Below, one piece after another: positions 9,650 through 19,908 of a DNA stretch of 64,000 nt. The stretch comes from Myxococcota bacterium (GTDB lineage: Bacteria > Myxococcota_A > UBA796 > CAJQPC01). The position numbers and the translations under genes are program-made. Position 1 is the first letter of the stretch. Every line of letters begins with the position of its first letter. The stretch lies in assembly GCA_036229005.1 (NCBI GenBank), contig JAZAMN010000020.1, forward strand, positions 128,001 to 192,000. Reading direction: 5' to 3'. The notes under the pieces were generated by a model. It had not been told where the DNA came from, made no database searches, and saw only the letters and a list, made by a program, of their open reading frames with translations.

Positions 9650-10357
9650 CTACCCCTCCACCTCAGCGGACGAGAACGCGCCAACCGGCACCAGCTCCGC
9701 CCAGGATGCGCAGTTGGCGCCCGCCTCGCAGTCATCTTCGCCGCCGATCTGGCCGGAGATCTCCCCGATGACCTCGCCGGCGGAGAAGCTGCCGTCGATG
9801 GTGAGCGAGCGGGTGTCGTAGTCGGTGGGGCTGTCGAGTCCGAGCATCCACGCGTCCATATCAAAGCTCCCCCCCATGGCCTCGGGGTCCAGCTCCTGCA
9901 GGAAGCTGTAGACGAAGCCCTCGCCGTCCTCCACCGCGCTGATGGTGACCTGCTCCAGGTGCTCGTCGAACACGCCATCCTCCGTGGCGACGTCCATGTC
10001 GATCTGGACCTCCAGGCGATCCGGGCAGTACCAGTCGATCAGCAGGACATCACGGCCATCCGACTCCGGCGGCGAGGCGTCCACGAACACCGCCCCGGCC
10101 ACCGAGTCCGCGTCCAGCGCCAGGGTCATGGCGCTCTGCTCGTCGTCCTCGTAGGTGAACAGCGCCTGGTGCGCGTCCCCCTCCGGCAGCACCGCGTCCA
10201 GCAGGTCCTGACCGGAGATCCCCAGGTCGCTGAGCTCGTCCAGGCTCAGCTCGGTGCGGACCTCCTGACAGCCGGCGTCCTCGTTGGCGGGCTCGTCCAC
10301 CAGGAAGCAGGCGGAGAGGAGGGTGAGGGGGATGAGGGAGAAGAGTGCGCGTCGCAT
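9650..10357 (-). CDS. Acidic lipoprotein, unknown function
   Basis: MRRALFSLIPLTLLSAC lipobox; RBS GGAGG; sigma54-type promoter upstream. Confidence 0.8.
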   Translation of the reverse strand: MRRALFSLIPLTLLSACFLVDEPANEDAGCQEVRTELSLDELSDLGISGQDLLDAVLPEGDAHQALFTYEDDEQSAMTLALDADSVAGAVFVDASPPESDGRDVLLIDWYCPDRLEVQIDMDVATEDGVFDEHLEQVTISAVEDGEGFVYSFLQELDPEAMGGSFDMDAWMLGLDSPTDYDTRSLTIDGSFSAGEVIGEISGQIGGEDDCEAGANCASWAELVPVGAFSSAEVEG

Positions 10358-10385
10358 GGGAACCTCCAAGTTCACCGTCCAAGCA

Positions 10386-10401
10386 AGCAAGGCGCATGCC
10401 A
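10386..10401 (-). promoter_or_regulatory. sigma54 -24/-12 promoter
   Basis: Minus strand TGGCAT-GCGCC-TTGCT, about 30 nt upstream of the lipoprotein start. Confidence 0.65.
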
Positions 10402-10508
10402 CACCTCTACAACCCCGACCCCAGCGAGGTCACCGGTTGCCTGACCGCCCGCGGCTGCCGCTGGATCACGACATCCCCGCCGCACCCGCCAGGGGTAGAC
10501 TGCCCGCC

Positions 10509-11201
10509 ATGGGTCACCCCGAAGAGCACACGCAGGACCGCGCATCCTGGCTGCGCGCGGCCGTCCTGGGGGCGAACGACGGCATCGTCTCCACCGCCTC
10601 CCTGGTCCTGGGGGTCGCGGCGGCAGACGCCAACCCGAACAGCACCTGGGTGGCCGGCCTGGCGGGGCTGATCGGCGGCGCGCTGTCCATGGCCGCCGGC
10701 GAGTACGTCTCGGTCAGCTCCCAGCGGGACGTCGAGGAGGCCGATCTCGCCACCGAGCGCCGGGAGCTGCGCGAAGAGCCCGAGCGCGAGCTGGAGGAGC
10801 TCTGCGGCCTGGTCCAGGAGCAGGGCCTGCCCCCGGAGCTGGCCCGGCAGGTCGCTGTCGCGCTCACCGAGCACGACGCCCTCAAGGCCCACGCCCGCCT
10901 GGAGCTGGGCATCAACGTCCAAGAGCTGGCGCGCCCGGTGCAGGCCGCCATCGTGTCGGCCATCTCCTTCTCGACCGGAGCCGCGGTCCCCCTGGCCGTC
11001 ATCCTGCTGGCCCCCGCCGCGATCAAGATGCACGCCACTCTGCTGGCCGCCACCCTGCTGTTGGGCCTGCTCGGCGCCTGGTCGGCGCACCTGGGCGGGG
11101 CACCCGTGGGGCGCGCCACCGCGCGGGTTGTCGTCTGGGGCCTGGCCGCGATGGGCCTGACCGCGGCGATGGGCCACCTCTTCGGGGCGGCGATGGGCTG
11201 A
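10509..11201 (+). CDS. VIT1/CCC1 Fe/Mn transporter
   Basis: WLRAAVLGANDGIVS, ALSMAAGEYVSVSSQRD. Confidence 0.93.
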   Translation: MGHPEEHTQDRASWLRAAVLGANDGIVSTASLVLGVAAADANPNSTWVAGLAGLIGGALSMAAGEYVSVSSQRDVEEADLATERRELREEPERELEELCGLVQEQGLPPELARQVAVALTEHDALKAHARLELGINVQELARPVQAAIVSAISFSTGAAVPLAVILLAPAAIKMHATLLAATLLLGLLGAWSAHLGGAPVGRATARVVVWGLAAMGLTAAMGHLFGAAMG

Positions 11202-11207
11202 GCCAGC

Positions 11208-11942
11208 TCAGAAGCTGAGCACCAGCCCGCTCACCACGCTCAGGTCGTAGGACTCGTTGCCCTGTACCGGCTGGCTGTCCACCTGCAGCTTGCCCACCAC
11301 CGACCAGTCCAGGTGCTCGCTGACCTCGAGCGTCAGGGACAGCTCCTCGGCCAGGCGCCAGTTGCTCCAGGCGTCCAGGCGGGGCTGGTAGAAGGTGGTG
11401 CTGGCCAGCTCCACCCCGTCTTCGTGGGAGATGGCCAGGATCAGGTAGCTGTTGCCCCGGGGGTGCCAGCCCGCGTCGCTGTCCACGGCGTCGGCGTCCA
11501 GGAGCTGGTACTCGCCCATCGCGCCCACGCCCAGCGTTCCCTCGCTCCAGTCCGTCCGGAACAAGCGGCGCTCCAGCCCGCCGCCCCCCAGCGCGCGGAG
11601 CTGCAGGTCCCGGAAGGCGTTGCGGTCCGACTGCACGAACAGCACCGTGGCCCAGGGGTCCGAGAAGGCCCAGGTCTCCCGCGCGTGCACGAAGGCCTTG
11701 TCCGCGATCACCGTGTCGAAGGCCACCGCCCGCTCCCCGCTCACCCGCAGCAGGACCCGGTGCTCCTGGCCCACGAACTGCGCCCCCAGCGCGCCGTTCA
11801 CGCTGAGCCGCTGCTCGTTCCCCTCCAGCAGCGTGCCCCCGACCTTCATCGAGACCGTGCGCCCGGGATCCGGCGGACCCACCTGCGGCTGGAGCACGTT
11901 GACGATGGCGGCTTGGGAGAGGGAGGCGAGCAGGAGCAGCAT
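11208..11942 (-). CDS. Outer-membrane beta-barrel protein (DUF481-like)
   Basis: Short signal peptide, amphipathic strands, RALGGGG, TTFYQPRL, C-terminal Phe. Confidence 0.75.
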   Translation of the reverse strand: MLLLLASLSQAAIVNVLQPQVGPPDPGRTVSMKVGGTLLEGNEQRLSVNGALGAQFVGQEHRVLLRVSGERAVAFDTVIADKAFVHARETWAFSDPWATVLFVQSDRNAFRDLQLRALGGGGLERRLFRTDWSEGTLGVGAMGEYQLLDADAVDSDAGWHPRGNSYLILAISHEDGVELASTTFYQPRLDAWSNWRLAEELSLTLEVSEHLDWSVVGKLQVDSQPVQGNESYDLSVVSGLVLSF

Positions 11943-11991
11943 GGGGGCCTCTTCACCCAGTCCGACGATGGACGCGAGCCTTGCCTCCTAT

Positions 11992-12008
11992 TTGCGACTC
12001 AATTGCAT
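11992..12008. promoter_or_regulatory. Putative Zur (Fur-family) box
   Basis: TTGCGAC-TCA-ATTGCAT, a 7-3-7 imperfect palindrome like the deltaproteobacterial Zur consensus ATGCAAC-N3-GTTGCAT (recalled), directly upstream of a COG0523 gene. Confidence 0.6.
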
Positions 12009-12049
12009 TAGCGTCTTGATCGCACTAATCTCCGGACATGGAGAACCCC

Positions 12050-13266
<1,217 letters not shown>

Positions 13267-13270
<4 letters not shown>

Positions 13271-14493
13271 GCGCGGCCCCCGGCGCCCCCCTGGAGTGGC
13301 TGATCATCGGCGGCGGGATCCACGGCGTGCACCTGGCCGTCCGCCTGCTGGCCGAGGCCCAGACCCAGCCCGAGCGCCTGCGCATCCTGGACCCGGGCCC
13401 CGCCCTGCTCAGCCGCTGGCGGCAGTGCTCCACCAACACGGGCATGCGGCACCTGCGCTCCCCCGCCGTGCACCACCTGGACGTGGACCCCTGGGACCTG
13501 CTGGCCTTCGCGGGGGCCAACCACCGCGGCAAGGGCGCCCCCGAGGGCTCCTTCGCGCCCCCCTACTCCCGGCCCTCGGTCGCGCTGTTTGACCGCCACT
13601 GTCAGGAGATCGTCGCGCGCTACGGCCTCCAGGACCTCCACATCTGCGACCGGGCCACCCGCGTGGCGCTGGGCTGTGACCACGTCACGGTCACCCTGGG
13701 CGAGGGCGCCCCCATCCATGCCCAGCGCGTGATCCTGGCCCTGGGCGCCGGAGACCAGCCCCGCTGGCCGAGCTGGGCCATCGAGCTGCAGACCCACAGC
13801 CTGCCCATCGAGCACGTCTTCTCCCCCGGCTTCCGCCTGGATCCAGAGCAGTGGCCGCAGCGGATGGCCGTCATCGGCGGGGGCATCTCCGCCGCACAGG
13901 TCGCCATGCGTCTGGCCGACGCCGGCAAGGAGGTCCACCTGGTCACCCGGCACCCTCTGCGCCGGCACCAGTTCGACAGCGACCCCGGCTGGATCGGCCC
14001 CAAGTACATGCGCGGCTTTTCGGCCACCCCGGATCTGCGCGCGCGCCGCGCCATGATCACCGAGGCCCGCCACCCCGGCTCCCTCCCCCCCGACGTGCAC
14101 CGCGCCCTGCGCCTGGCCATCAGCCAACAGCGCGTTCAGCTCCACCTGGGCCAGCCCCACGCCCACCTCCACCAGGGCCAGATCGTCCTGAACGTGGCCG
14201 AGGACTACTTCCCCGTCGACGGCGTGCTGCTGGCGACCGGCTTCGAGGGCGCCCGTCCCGGAGGCGCGCTGGTGGACGCCCTGGTCCAGAGCCACGCCCT
14301 GCCCTGCTCCGACTGCGGCTACCCCGTGGTCGATCCCCAGCTCCGCTGGCACCCCCGCGTCTACGTCACCGGCCCCCTGGCCGAGCTGGAGCTGGGCCCG
14401 GTCGCCCGGAACATCGTCGGAGCCCGCCGGGCCGCCGAGCGCATCGTCCCCACCGCCATCCAGGACAGCGCGCCCCGGTCCTATTCCACGTAG
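13267..14493 (+). CDS. FAD/NAD(P)-dependent oxidoreductase
   Basis: [53 protein letters not shown] overlap with the GTPase. Confidence 0.88.
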
Positions 14494-16124
14494 CCCAGGG
14501 CCCTCAGCGCCTCGACGTCCACCTCGGCCGCCGCGCTCCCTTCACTCAGCCCCAGGCTGCCAAGCGCCTCCAGCAGCTCCAGGTCGCTCACCGGCGCGCG
14601 CACCTGGCCCGTGGGGTCCACCGCCAGATCCACCTGCCAGGCCGGGCCCTCCTGCGGGCGCACCACGCGCAGATCGCCGCGCCTCGCGCTCGCCTCATGG
14701 CTCATGTACTTGTTGCCCACCGCCAATGCGATGCGTTGGGCCGGCACACCCTGAGCCAGGTCGATCCCCCTCGGCTCCAGCCCCGCCACGGCCCGCAGCG
14801 TCGGCGCGATGTCCACCAGGCTCGCCACGCCCGCGCCCGCCTCCACAAAGCCCGGGTGCCGCAGGGCCAGGGGCACGTCGACCACCACCCCGGCGTGGGT
14901 GTGCCCGTGCTCGAAGCCGCCGTGGTCCCAGAGCTCCTCGCCGTGGTCGGCCGTCAGGACGATGACCGCCTGCTCCTCCAGGCCCTGCGCGGCCAGGGCG
15001 TCCAGCACCCGCAGGATCTGCGCGTCCACGTAGGCGACCTCCCCCGCGTAGCCGGCCCGGGTGTCCTGCCGCTGCTGGCTGCCCACGATGCCCGCGTTCA
15101 GGTAGTCGCTACGCCGCCAGTTCCACACCGAGCTGTCCCGCGGCGCGTGGCGGTGCGGCAGGTGCACGTCCAGCAGGTGCAGCCAGATGAACCCGCCCTG
15201 GGCGCCCCCGGACTCGATGTGGGCGACGGCGCGGTCCACCAGCACCTCGCTGTCCCAGTAGCTGTCCTGATCGACGGGCCGCCCCCCAAAGACCAGGCGG
15301 TGGGCCGCGCGCTCGTTGACGTGGAAGAAGTCCTCAAAGCCCCGGTCCATCCCCGTGCTGGAGGACGCGAAGGGGTTCGCCACGAACGCCGCCGTGTTGT
15401 AGCCGGCCGCGGCCAGCTCTTCGGCGAGGAGGGGGACCTCGGCGTTCACCGACTGGTAGCCCACCCCGCTGGCGCCGGCCCCATGCTCACCGGGCAGCAA
15501 TCCCGTCATCGTCGAGGCCAGGCTGGGCAGGGTCCAGCTCGAGGTCGCCATCGCCCGCGGCCACAGCGCGCCCCCGTCCGCGATGCGCTGGGCGGACTGC
15601 ATCGACAGGGCCTCGTCGGCGCGCAGGGTGTCGACGGTGATGAGGAGCACCGGGGGGCCCTGGGTGGTGGGCCCATCATTCCGCGAAAACCAGCCAGCCA
15701 CCTCCTTCTTGAGCTGACCGACCGGGTCCCCGACGTAGCTGCCGGAGAGCACCAGCACGCGCTGGATGGCGACCCCTGGGAGCAGGGCCAGAAGGCCCAC
15801 CCACCAGGCACCGAAGGACTCGGAGACGCGCACGAACACGCCCGCCAGGACCAGCACGCCGACCCCAAAGCAGAAGGGCGTCAGCAGGCCCGCGGGCAGG
15901 TGCAGCCAGACGCCGCCGAGCACCAGCAGCACCGCCGGGATCCAGCCGGAGCGCAGGGGGCCTTCGGGGGCCAGCCGCCACTGCGCCACACCGAGCCCCG
16001 CGAACACCCCGAGCTCCACGAGCACGCGCCACAGCTCCGGTCGAGCCACCGCCTGGTAGGCGAAAGGCAGCTCCAGCAGGGGCGCGAGCAGCCAGGGCAG
16101 GAGCATCAGGGGGGTGCGCTTCAC
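14481..16124 (-). CDS. Membrane-anchored sulfatase/alkaline-phosphatase superfamily protein
   Basis: About 5 N-terminal TMs; [59 protein letters not shown]. Confidence 0.88.
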   Translation of the reverse strand: MKRTPLMLLPWLLAPLLELPFAYQAVARPELWRVLVELGVFAGLGVAQWRLAPEGPLRSGWIPAVLLVLGGVWLHLPAGLLTPFCFGVGVLVLAGVFVRVSESFGAWWVGLLALLPGVAIQRVLVLSGSYVGDPVGQLKKEVAGWFSRNDGPTTQGPPVLLITVDTLRADEALSMQSAQRIADGGALWPRAMATSSWTLPSLASTMTGLLPGEHGAGASGVGYQSVNAEVPLLAEELAAAGYNTAAFVANPFASSSTGMDRGFEDFFHVNERAAHRLVFGGRPVDQDSYWDSEVLVDRAVAHIESGGAQGGFIWLHLLDVHLPHRHAPRDSSVWNWRRSDYLNAGIVGSQQRQDTRAGYAGEVAYVDAQILRVLDALAAQGLEEQAVIVLTADHGEELWDHGGFEHGHTHAGVVVDVPLALRHPGFVEAGAGVASLVDIAPTLRAVAGLEPRGIDLAQGVPAQRIALAVGNKYMSHEASARRGDLRVVRPQEGPAWQVDLAVDPTGQVRAPVSDLELLEALGSLGLSEGSAAAEVDVEALRALGYVE

Positions 16125-16162
16125 GGGCGGCAGACTACCGCGTTGGGGTGTAGGCTGCGGGC

Positions 16163-16924
16163 ATGCTGCTCTTCGTCCTCGCCTGCGGGAACCCCTCTGT
16201 TCCCGGTGACTCCCCCGCTGACAGCGACAGCGGTGTGGACTCCGATCCCCTGGGCTGCCCCGCCCCCACGCCTCTGGCGCAGGTCGGGGACGCGGAGGAC
16301 TGCCCCAGCCTGGAGCCCGGCCTCAACCGCATCGAGGGCGACGGCTTCCGCTACCTGCTCTCCAAGCCCGAGGCCGACGCCGACGACCTGGAGGCCCTGG
16401 TCTTCCTCCCCGGCGGCCCCGCCGACGCCAACAGCGCGGAGATCAACTACTTCCAGTTCCTGGCCCCCATGGAGGGCGCGAGCGCGCGCTGGGTGGTCGT
16501 CCCCCACACCTGGGACGGCAGCGGCGATCGGGCGGAGGAGGCGCTGGCCAGCCTGGAGCACTTCCAGGGCTGCTACGCCCACGACACGGCCCGCGTGCAC
16601 TTGATCGGGCACAGCTCAGGCGGTCGCGTGGCATACCCCATGGGCGTGGCCCACCCCGATCCCTTCAGGTCCATGACCGGACTCCCCGCTGACTTCGGCG
16701 ACGTCGAGGACACGCTGCTGCAGACCGGCCTGGAGTGCCTGCCCGTGCACCACGTGGTGGGCGCCGACGACGCCGGCTGGGTGGAGGCCGCCGAGGCCAA
16801 CCACGCGCGCATGGAGTCCCTGGGCCTGGACAGCACCCTCAGCATCGTCCCGGACATGGGCCACGGCCCCAACGAAGACTGGGACGGCAGCCTGCTGAGC
16901 GACTACTGGACCGATCTGGACTGA
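16163..16924 (+). CDS. Alpha/beta-hydrolase lipoprotein
   Basis: MLLFVLAC lipobox; GHSSGG nucleophile elbow, VGADD, MGHG. Confidence 0.8.
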   Translation: MLLFVLACGNPSVPGDSPADSDSGVDSDPLGCPAPTPLAQVGDAEDCPSLEPGLNRIEGDGFRYLLSKPEADADDLEALVFLPGGPADANSAEINYFQFLAPMEGASARWVVVPHTWDGSGDRAEEALASLEHFQGCYAHDTARVHLIGHSSGGRVAYPMGVAHPDPFRSMTGLPADFGDVEDTLLQTGLECLPVHHVVGADDAGWVEAAEANHARMESLGLDSTLSIVPDMGHGPNEDWDGSLLSDYWTDLD

Positions 16925-16933
16925 GGAGACCGC

Positions 16934-17446
16934 ATGCTGCTGCTGTTGTTGGCCTGCACCCCCGAGACCGGCGTCCCCGGCCTGATGGGCAGCGCGCCCC
17001 TGGGCGAGGGCACCCTGGCCCCCGACTTCGAGCTGCCCGACGTGAACCCCGCCTCCGCCAGCTTCGAGGAGCAGGTGAGCGTGTCCCAGCACCTGGAGCG
17101 CGGCAGCGTCTGGTACTTCGGCCACAGCACGTGAGGGGGCTGCCGTAGCCAGTTTGGCTACCTGACCCAGATGCACGACGAGCTGCCCGAGGGCATCGAC
17201 ATCATCGGCGTGAACGAGGAAGGCGAGGAGCTGGGCAACGCCCTGGTGGACTCGGACCTGCCCTGGCTGCAGGACAGCCTGGAGGTCGACGCCTGGGGCG
17301 CCTGGGGCGTGGAGTGGCGCGACGTGATCCTGGTCGACGTGGACGGTGCCTTCGCCGGGCGCACCAACCTGGTCATCCACGACCTGGGCGACCCGGAGAC
17401 CTACGCGGCGCTGAAGGCGGAGATCGAGGCCCTTGCGCCGGAGTAG
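16934..17446 (+). CDS. Putative selenoprotein: thioredoxin-fold (AhpC/TSA-like) lipoprotein with UxxC; in-frame UGA at 17132-17134
   Basis: Track ORFs 16934..17134 and 17171..17446 share a frame. Readthrough gives APDFELPDVN...WYFGHST-U-GGC-RSQF...IIGVN...ILVDVDG. Hairpin lies just 3' of the UGA. Confidence 0.8.
17145..17161 (+). promoter_or_regulatory. Bacterial SECIS-like hairpin
   Basis: GTAGCCA-GTT-TGGCTAC: perfect 7-bp stem with G in the loop, starting 10 nt after the UGA. Confidence 0.65.
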
Positions 17447-17624
17447 TTCTCCGAATCACAAGTTCCGCCCCCCTTCGAGGGTCGGAACTCGTGCTGCAGA
17501 GAACTATTGTTGTCTCCGGGGGACACCCCCGGGAATGCGCCTGGAGGCGCAGCCCCCGCGGGCCCCGCGGGCCCGGGTTCTGCCGGACAGCTCTACAGGC
17601 ACTGTCATGTCGGACCGGCAGAAC
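17444..17624 (+). repeat. Multi-hairpin dispersed element, copy 1
   Basis: Homologous to 61613-61789; stems TAGTTCTC/GAGAACTA, CCGGGG/CCCCGG, TGCGCC/GGCGCA, CGGGCCC/GGGCCCG, GTTCTGCCGG/CCGGCAGAAC. Confidence 0.85.
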
Positions 17625-17720
17625 GATTGAAACCCCCACGGGAAGGATTGTCCCAACATTGCGCGTTGTAAAGTGACATGCCGGGCTAGTATTCCTGAGC
17701 CAGAACAAAGGAGTTCCTCC

Positions 17721-18287
17721 ATGCGCAAGCACATCACCGCAATCGCCCTGTCCCTGCTCGCCCTCCCCGCCGTCGCCTTCGCGGCCGACGACTACAAGGT
17801 CGACACCGTCCACTCCGCCGTCGTGTTCCACGCCGTGCACTTTGGCGTGGGCCACACCTACGGCCGCTTCAACGACTTCGAGGGCACCTTCGTCGTCGAC
17901 AACGGCGCGCCCACCAGCATCGACGTCACCGTCAAGGCCGAGTCGGTGGACACCAACGTCGAGAAGCGCGACAAGCACCTCGCCAGCCCCGACTACCTGA
18001 ACGCAGGTGAGTTCCCCGAGATCCACTTCGTCTCCAAGAAGATCACCCCCGCGGGTGAGGGCAAGTGGACCGCCGAGGGCGACCTGACTTTCCACGGCAC
18101 CACCAAGCCCATCACCGTGACCCTGAACAAGGTCGGCGAGGGCAAGGACGCCTGGGGCGGCTACCGATACGGCTTTGAGACCAGCTTCCAGGTCAAGCGC
18201 AGCGACTTCGGCCTGCCCGAGCAGGACGGCGTCTCCGACGAGATCAACCTGATCGTGGCCCTCGAGGGCACCAAGAAGAAGCTCTGA
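17721..18287 (+). CDS. YceI-family lipid/polyisoprenoid-binding protein
   Basis: Signal peptide; YKVDTVHS, GRFNDFEG, RDKHLASPDYL, GDLTFHGTTK, KRSDFG. Confidence 0.92.
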   Translation: MRKHITAIALSLLALPAVAFAADDYKVDTVHSAVVFHAVHFGVGHTYGRFNDFEGTFVVDNGAPTSIDVTVKAESVDTNVEKRDKHLASPDYLNAGEFPEIHFVSKKITPAGEGKWTAEGDLTFHGTTKPITVTLNKVGEGKDAWGGYRYGFETSFQVKRSDFGLPEQDGVSDEINLIVALEGTKKKL

Positions 18288-18295
18288 GCTTCCCC

Positions 18296-18967
18296 TTGAA
18301 CGCCGACCGCCAAGCCCGCCTGCGAGGCCTGCTCTTCTGGGCAGTCCTCAGCGCCGCCTGGTGGTTGGCCTTGAGCCCGCCCTCCTGGCCGCCCCACGCG
18401 GCGGTGGACTGGCGGCTCAGCACCACCCCCTTGCTGCTGCCGGCCCTCTGCTTTCTTCGTGGCCGGTGGCAGTCTGGGGCGCTGGTGCTTGGGGGGATCG
18501 CGCTGCTGGGGCTCACCCTGCAGTCCCTGTGGTCGCGCACCGACACGCTGATCTCGCTGGGGGTCATCGCGGGGAGCGTCGCCCTGCTGCTGCTCACCTG
18601 GGCCGGCCTGCGACGCGCCCGGAACCCCGCTGTGCTGCCGGTTCTGGCGCTGGGCATCGGGCTGGTGGTCGCCGTGGACAGCTCCGTCCGGCTGGGCCAG
18701 GAGGCCATGATCCTGGGCGCGCTGCTGGCCCTGTTCCGGGGTCGAAGCACGCTGCTGGGCGGCGCAGTGCTCGCCATGCTGCCCATCCTGGGGGCCTCTG
18801 TGGCCTACGCGGACGCCGAGCGCGTGCTGCCTCTGATCCTGCTCGCGGCCCTCTCCCCTTGGGTCACCGGCGGGCGCGGCGCGCTCAAGGAGCTGCTGGG
18901 TGTGCTGCTGCCGCTGGGGCTGGCCACGATCCCCGGTCTGCTGGAGCTCAAGGAGATGGCCGGCTGA
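18296..18967 (+). CDS. Hypothetical integral membrane protein
   Basis: Leu-rich multi-TM ORF filling the gap; TTG start uncertain. Confidence 0.6.
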   Translation: MNADRQARLRGLLFWAVLSAAWWLALSPPSWPPHAAVDWRLSTTPLLLPALCFLRGRWQSGALVLGGIALLGLTLQSLWSRTDTLISLGVIAGSVALLLLTWAGLRRARNPAVLPVLALGIGLVVAVDSSVRLGQEAMILGALLALFRGRSTLLGGAVLAMLPILGASVAYADAERVLPLILLAALSPWVTGGRGALKELLGVLLPLGLATIPGLLELKEMAG

Positions 18968-18995
18968 TCCGCTGCCCCAATGGAGAGGTGATGCG

Positions 18996-19889
18996 ATGGC
19001 CTGGCAGCGCAGGAACGATCCCGGCTACGGCCACGGCGTCGTGGAGCTCAGCAGCGAGGACGACCCCCACGAGCTCGTGCTGGAGCGGATCCGCAGCGAG
19101 CTGAGCAGCCCCGACTACGCGCCGCCCACCCTCCCCGAGGTCGCCCAGCAGGTCCTGCGCCTCAGCCAGCAGCCCGACCTGGAGCCCCGGGCCATCCTCC
19201 AGGTGATCTCCCAGGATCCTTCGCTGGTCGCCCAGCTCCTGATGGCCGCCCAGAGCCCGCTCTACGGTGGCCGCTCGGTCCAGAGCCTCCAGCAGGCCGC
19301 CGCGCGCCTGGGAATCCGAGGCCTGCGCGATCTGGTGCTGCAGATCTCTCTGCGCATGAAGGTCTTTCGCGGGGGCCCCTGGCAGTCGGCCGTGCGGGAG
19401 GTGCTGAGGGCGGCCCGTGTGCGCTCCGTGATCGCCGGAATCGTCGCTGAGGAGACGGGAGCGGATCCGGGGAAGGCCTCCCTCTGCGCCCTCCTCTCGG
19501 ACATGGGGGTGGCCGCCATCCTCATGATCCTGGCCCCCAAGCGAGGACAGGCTGCAGCAGAGCTCCACACGATCTGGCCAGCAGTCGACGCCACCCACGA
19601 AGAGGCCGCGGGCCGCCTGGCCCGCGCCTGGGAGCTGGACGGCGAGGTCCGCGCGGTCGTCGCCAACCACCACAAGCTGCGGGTGGGCGGGGTGCCCAAC
19701 CACCTGACCGGGAGCCTGATCGTCTCCGGCGCCGTCGCCACGCGCCTGGGGCTGAGCATGGAGATCCCGGGGCTGGGCTTCGTGATGGACGAAGAGCCCC
19801 ACCAGGTGCGCGACGCCCGCAAGTTCATGCGCCTGGACACCGACGCGATGAAGCGCATCGTGCGGGTGACCAAGCGGCGACTGCCCTAG
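18996..19889 (+). CDS. Stand-alone HDOD-domain protein
   Basis: PTLPEVAQQVL, ISQDPSLVAQLL.AAQSPLY, AARLG, THEEAAGRLARAWEL, ANHH. Confidence 0.88.
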   Translation: MAWQRRNDPGYGHGVVELSSEDDPHELVLERIRSELSSPDYAPPTLPEVAQQVLRLSQQPDLEPRAILQVISQDPSLVAQLLMAAQSPLYGGRSVQSLQQAAARLGIRGLRDLVLQISLRMKVFRGGPWQSAVREVLRAARVRSVIAGIVAEETGADPGKASLCALLSDMGVAAILMILAPKRGQAAAELHTIWPAVDATHEEAAGRLARAWELDGEVRAVVANHHKLRVGGVPNHLTGSLIVSGAVATRLGLSMEIPGLGFVMDEEPHQVRDARKFMRLDTDAMKRIVRVTKRRLP

Positions 19890-19908
19890 GCTGGCCCTCC
19901 CCGGGGAC

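Noticed and set aside
16922..16936. Readthrough fusion of the hydrolase into the selenoprotein (its TGA is in the same frame)
   Set aside because: A strong RBS (GAGGAG) and a new signal peptide follow; no redox motif or SECIS-like stem at this TGA.
17132..17134. Genome-wide UGA reassignment (Trp/Gly)
   Set aside because: Many conserved genes end properly at TGA with coupled downstream starts; only this UGA sits within a domain.
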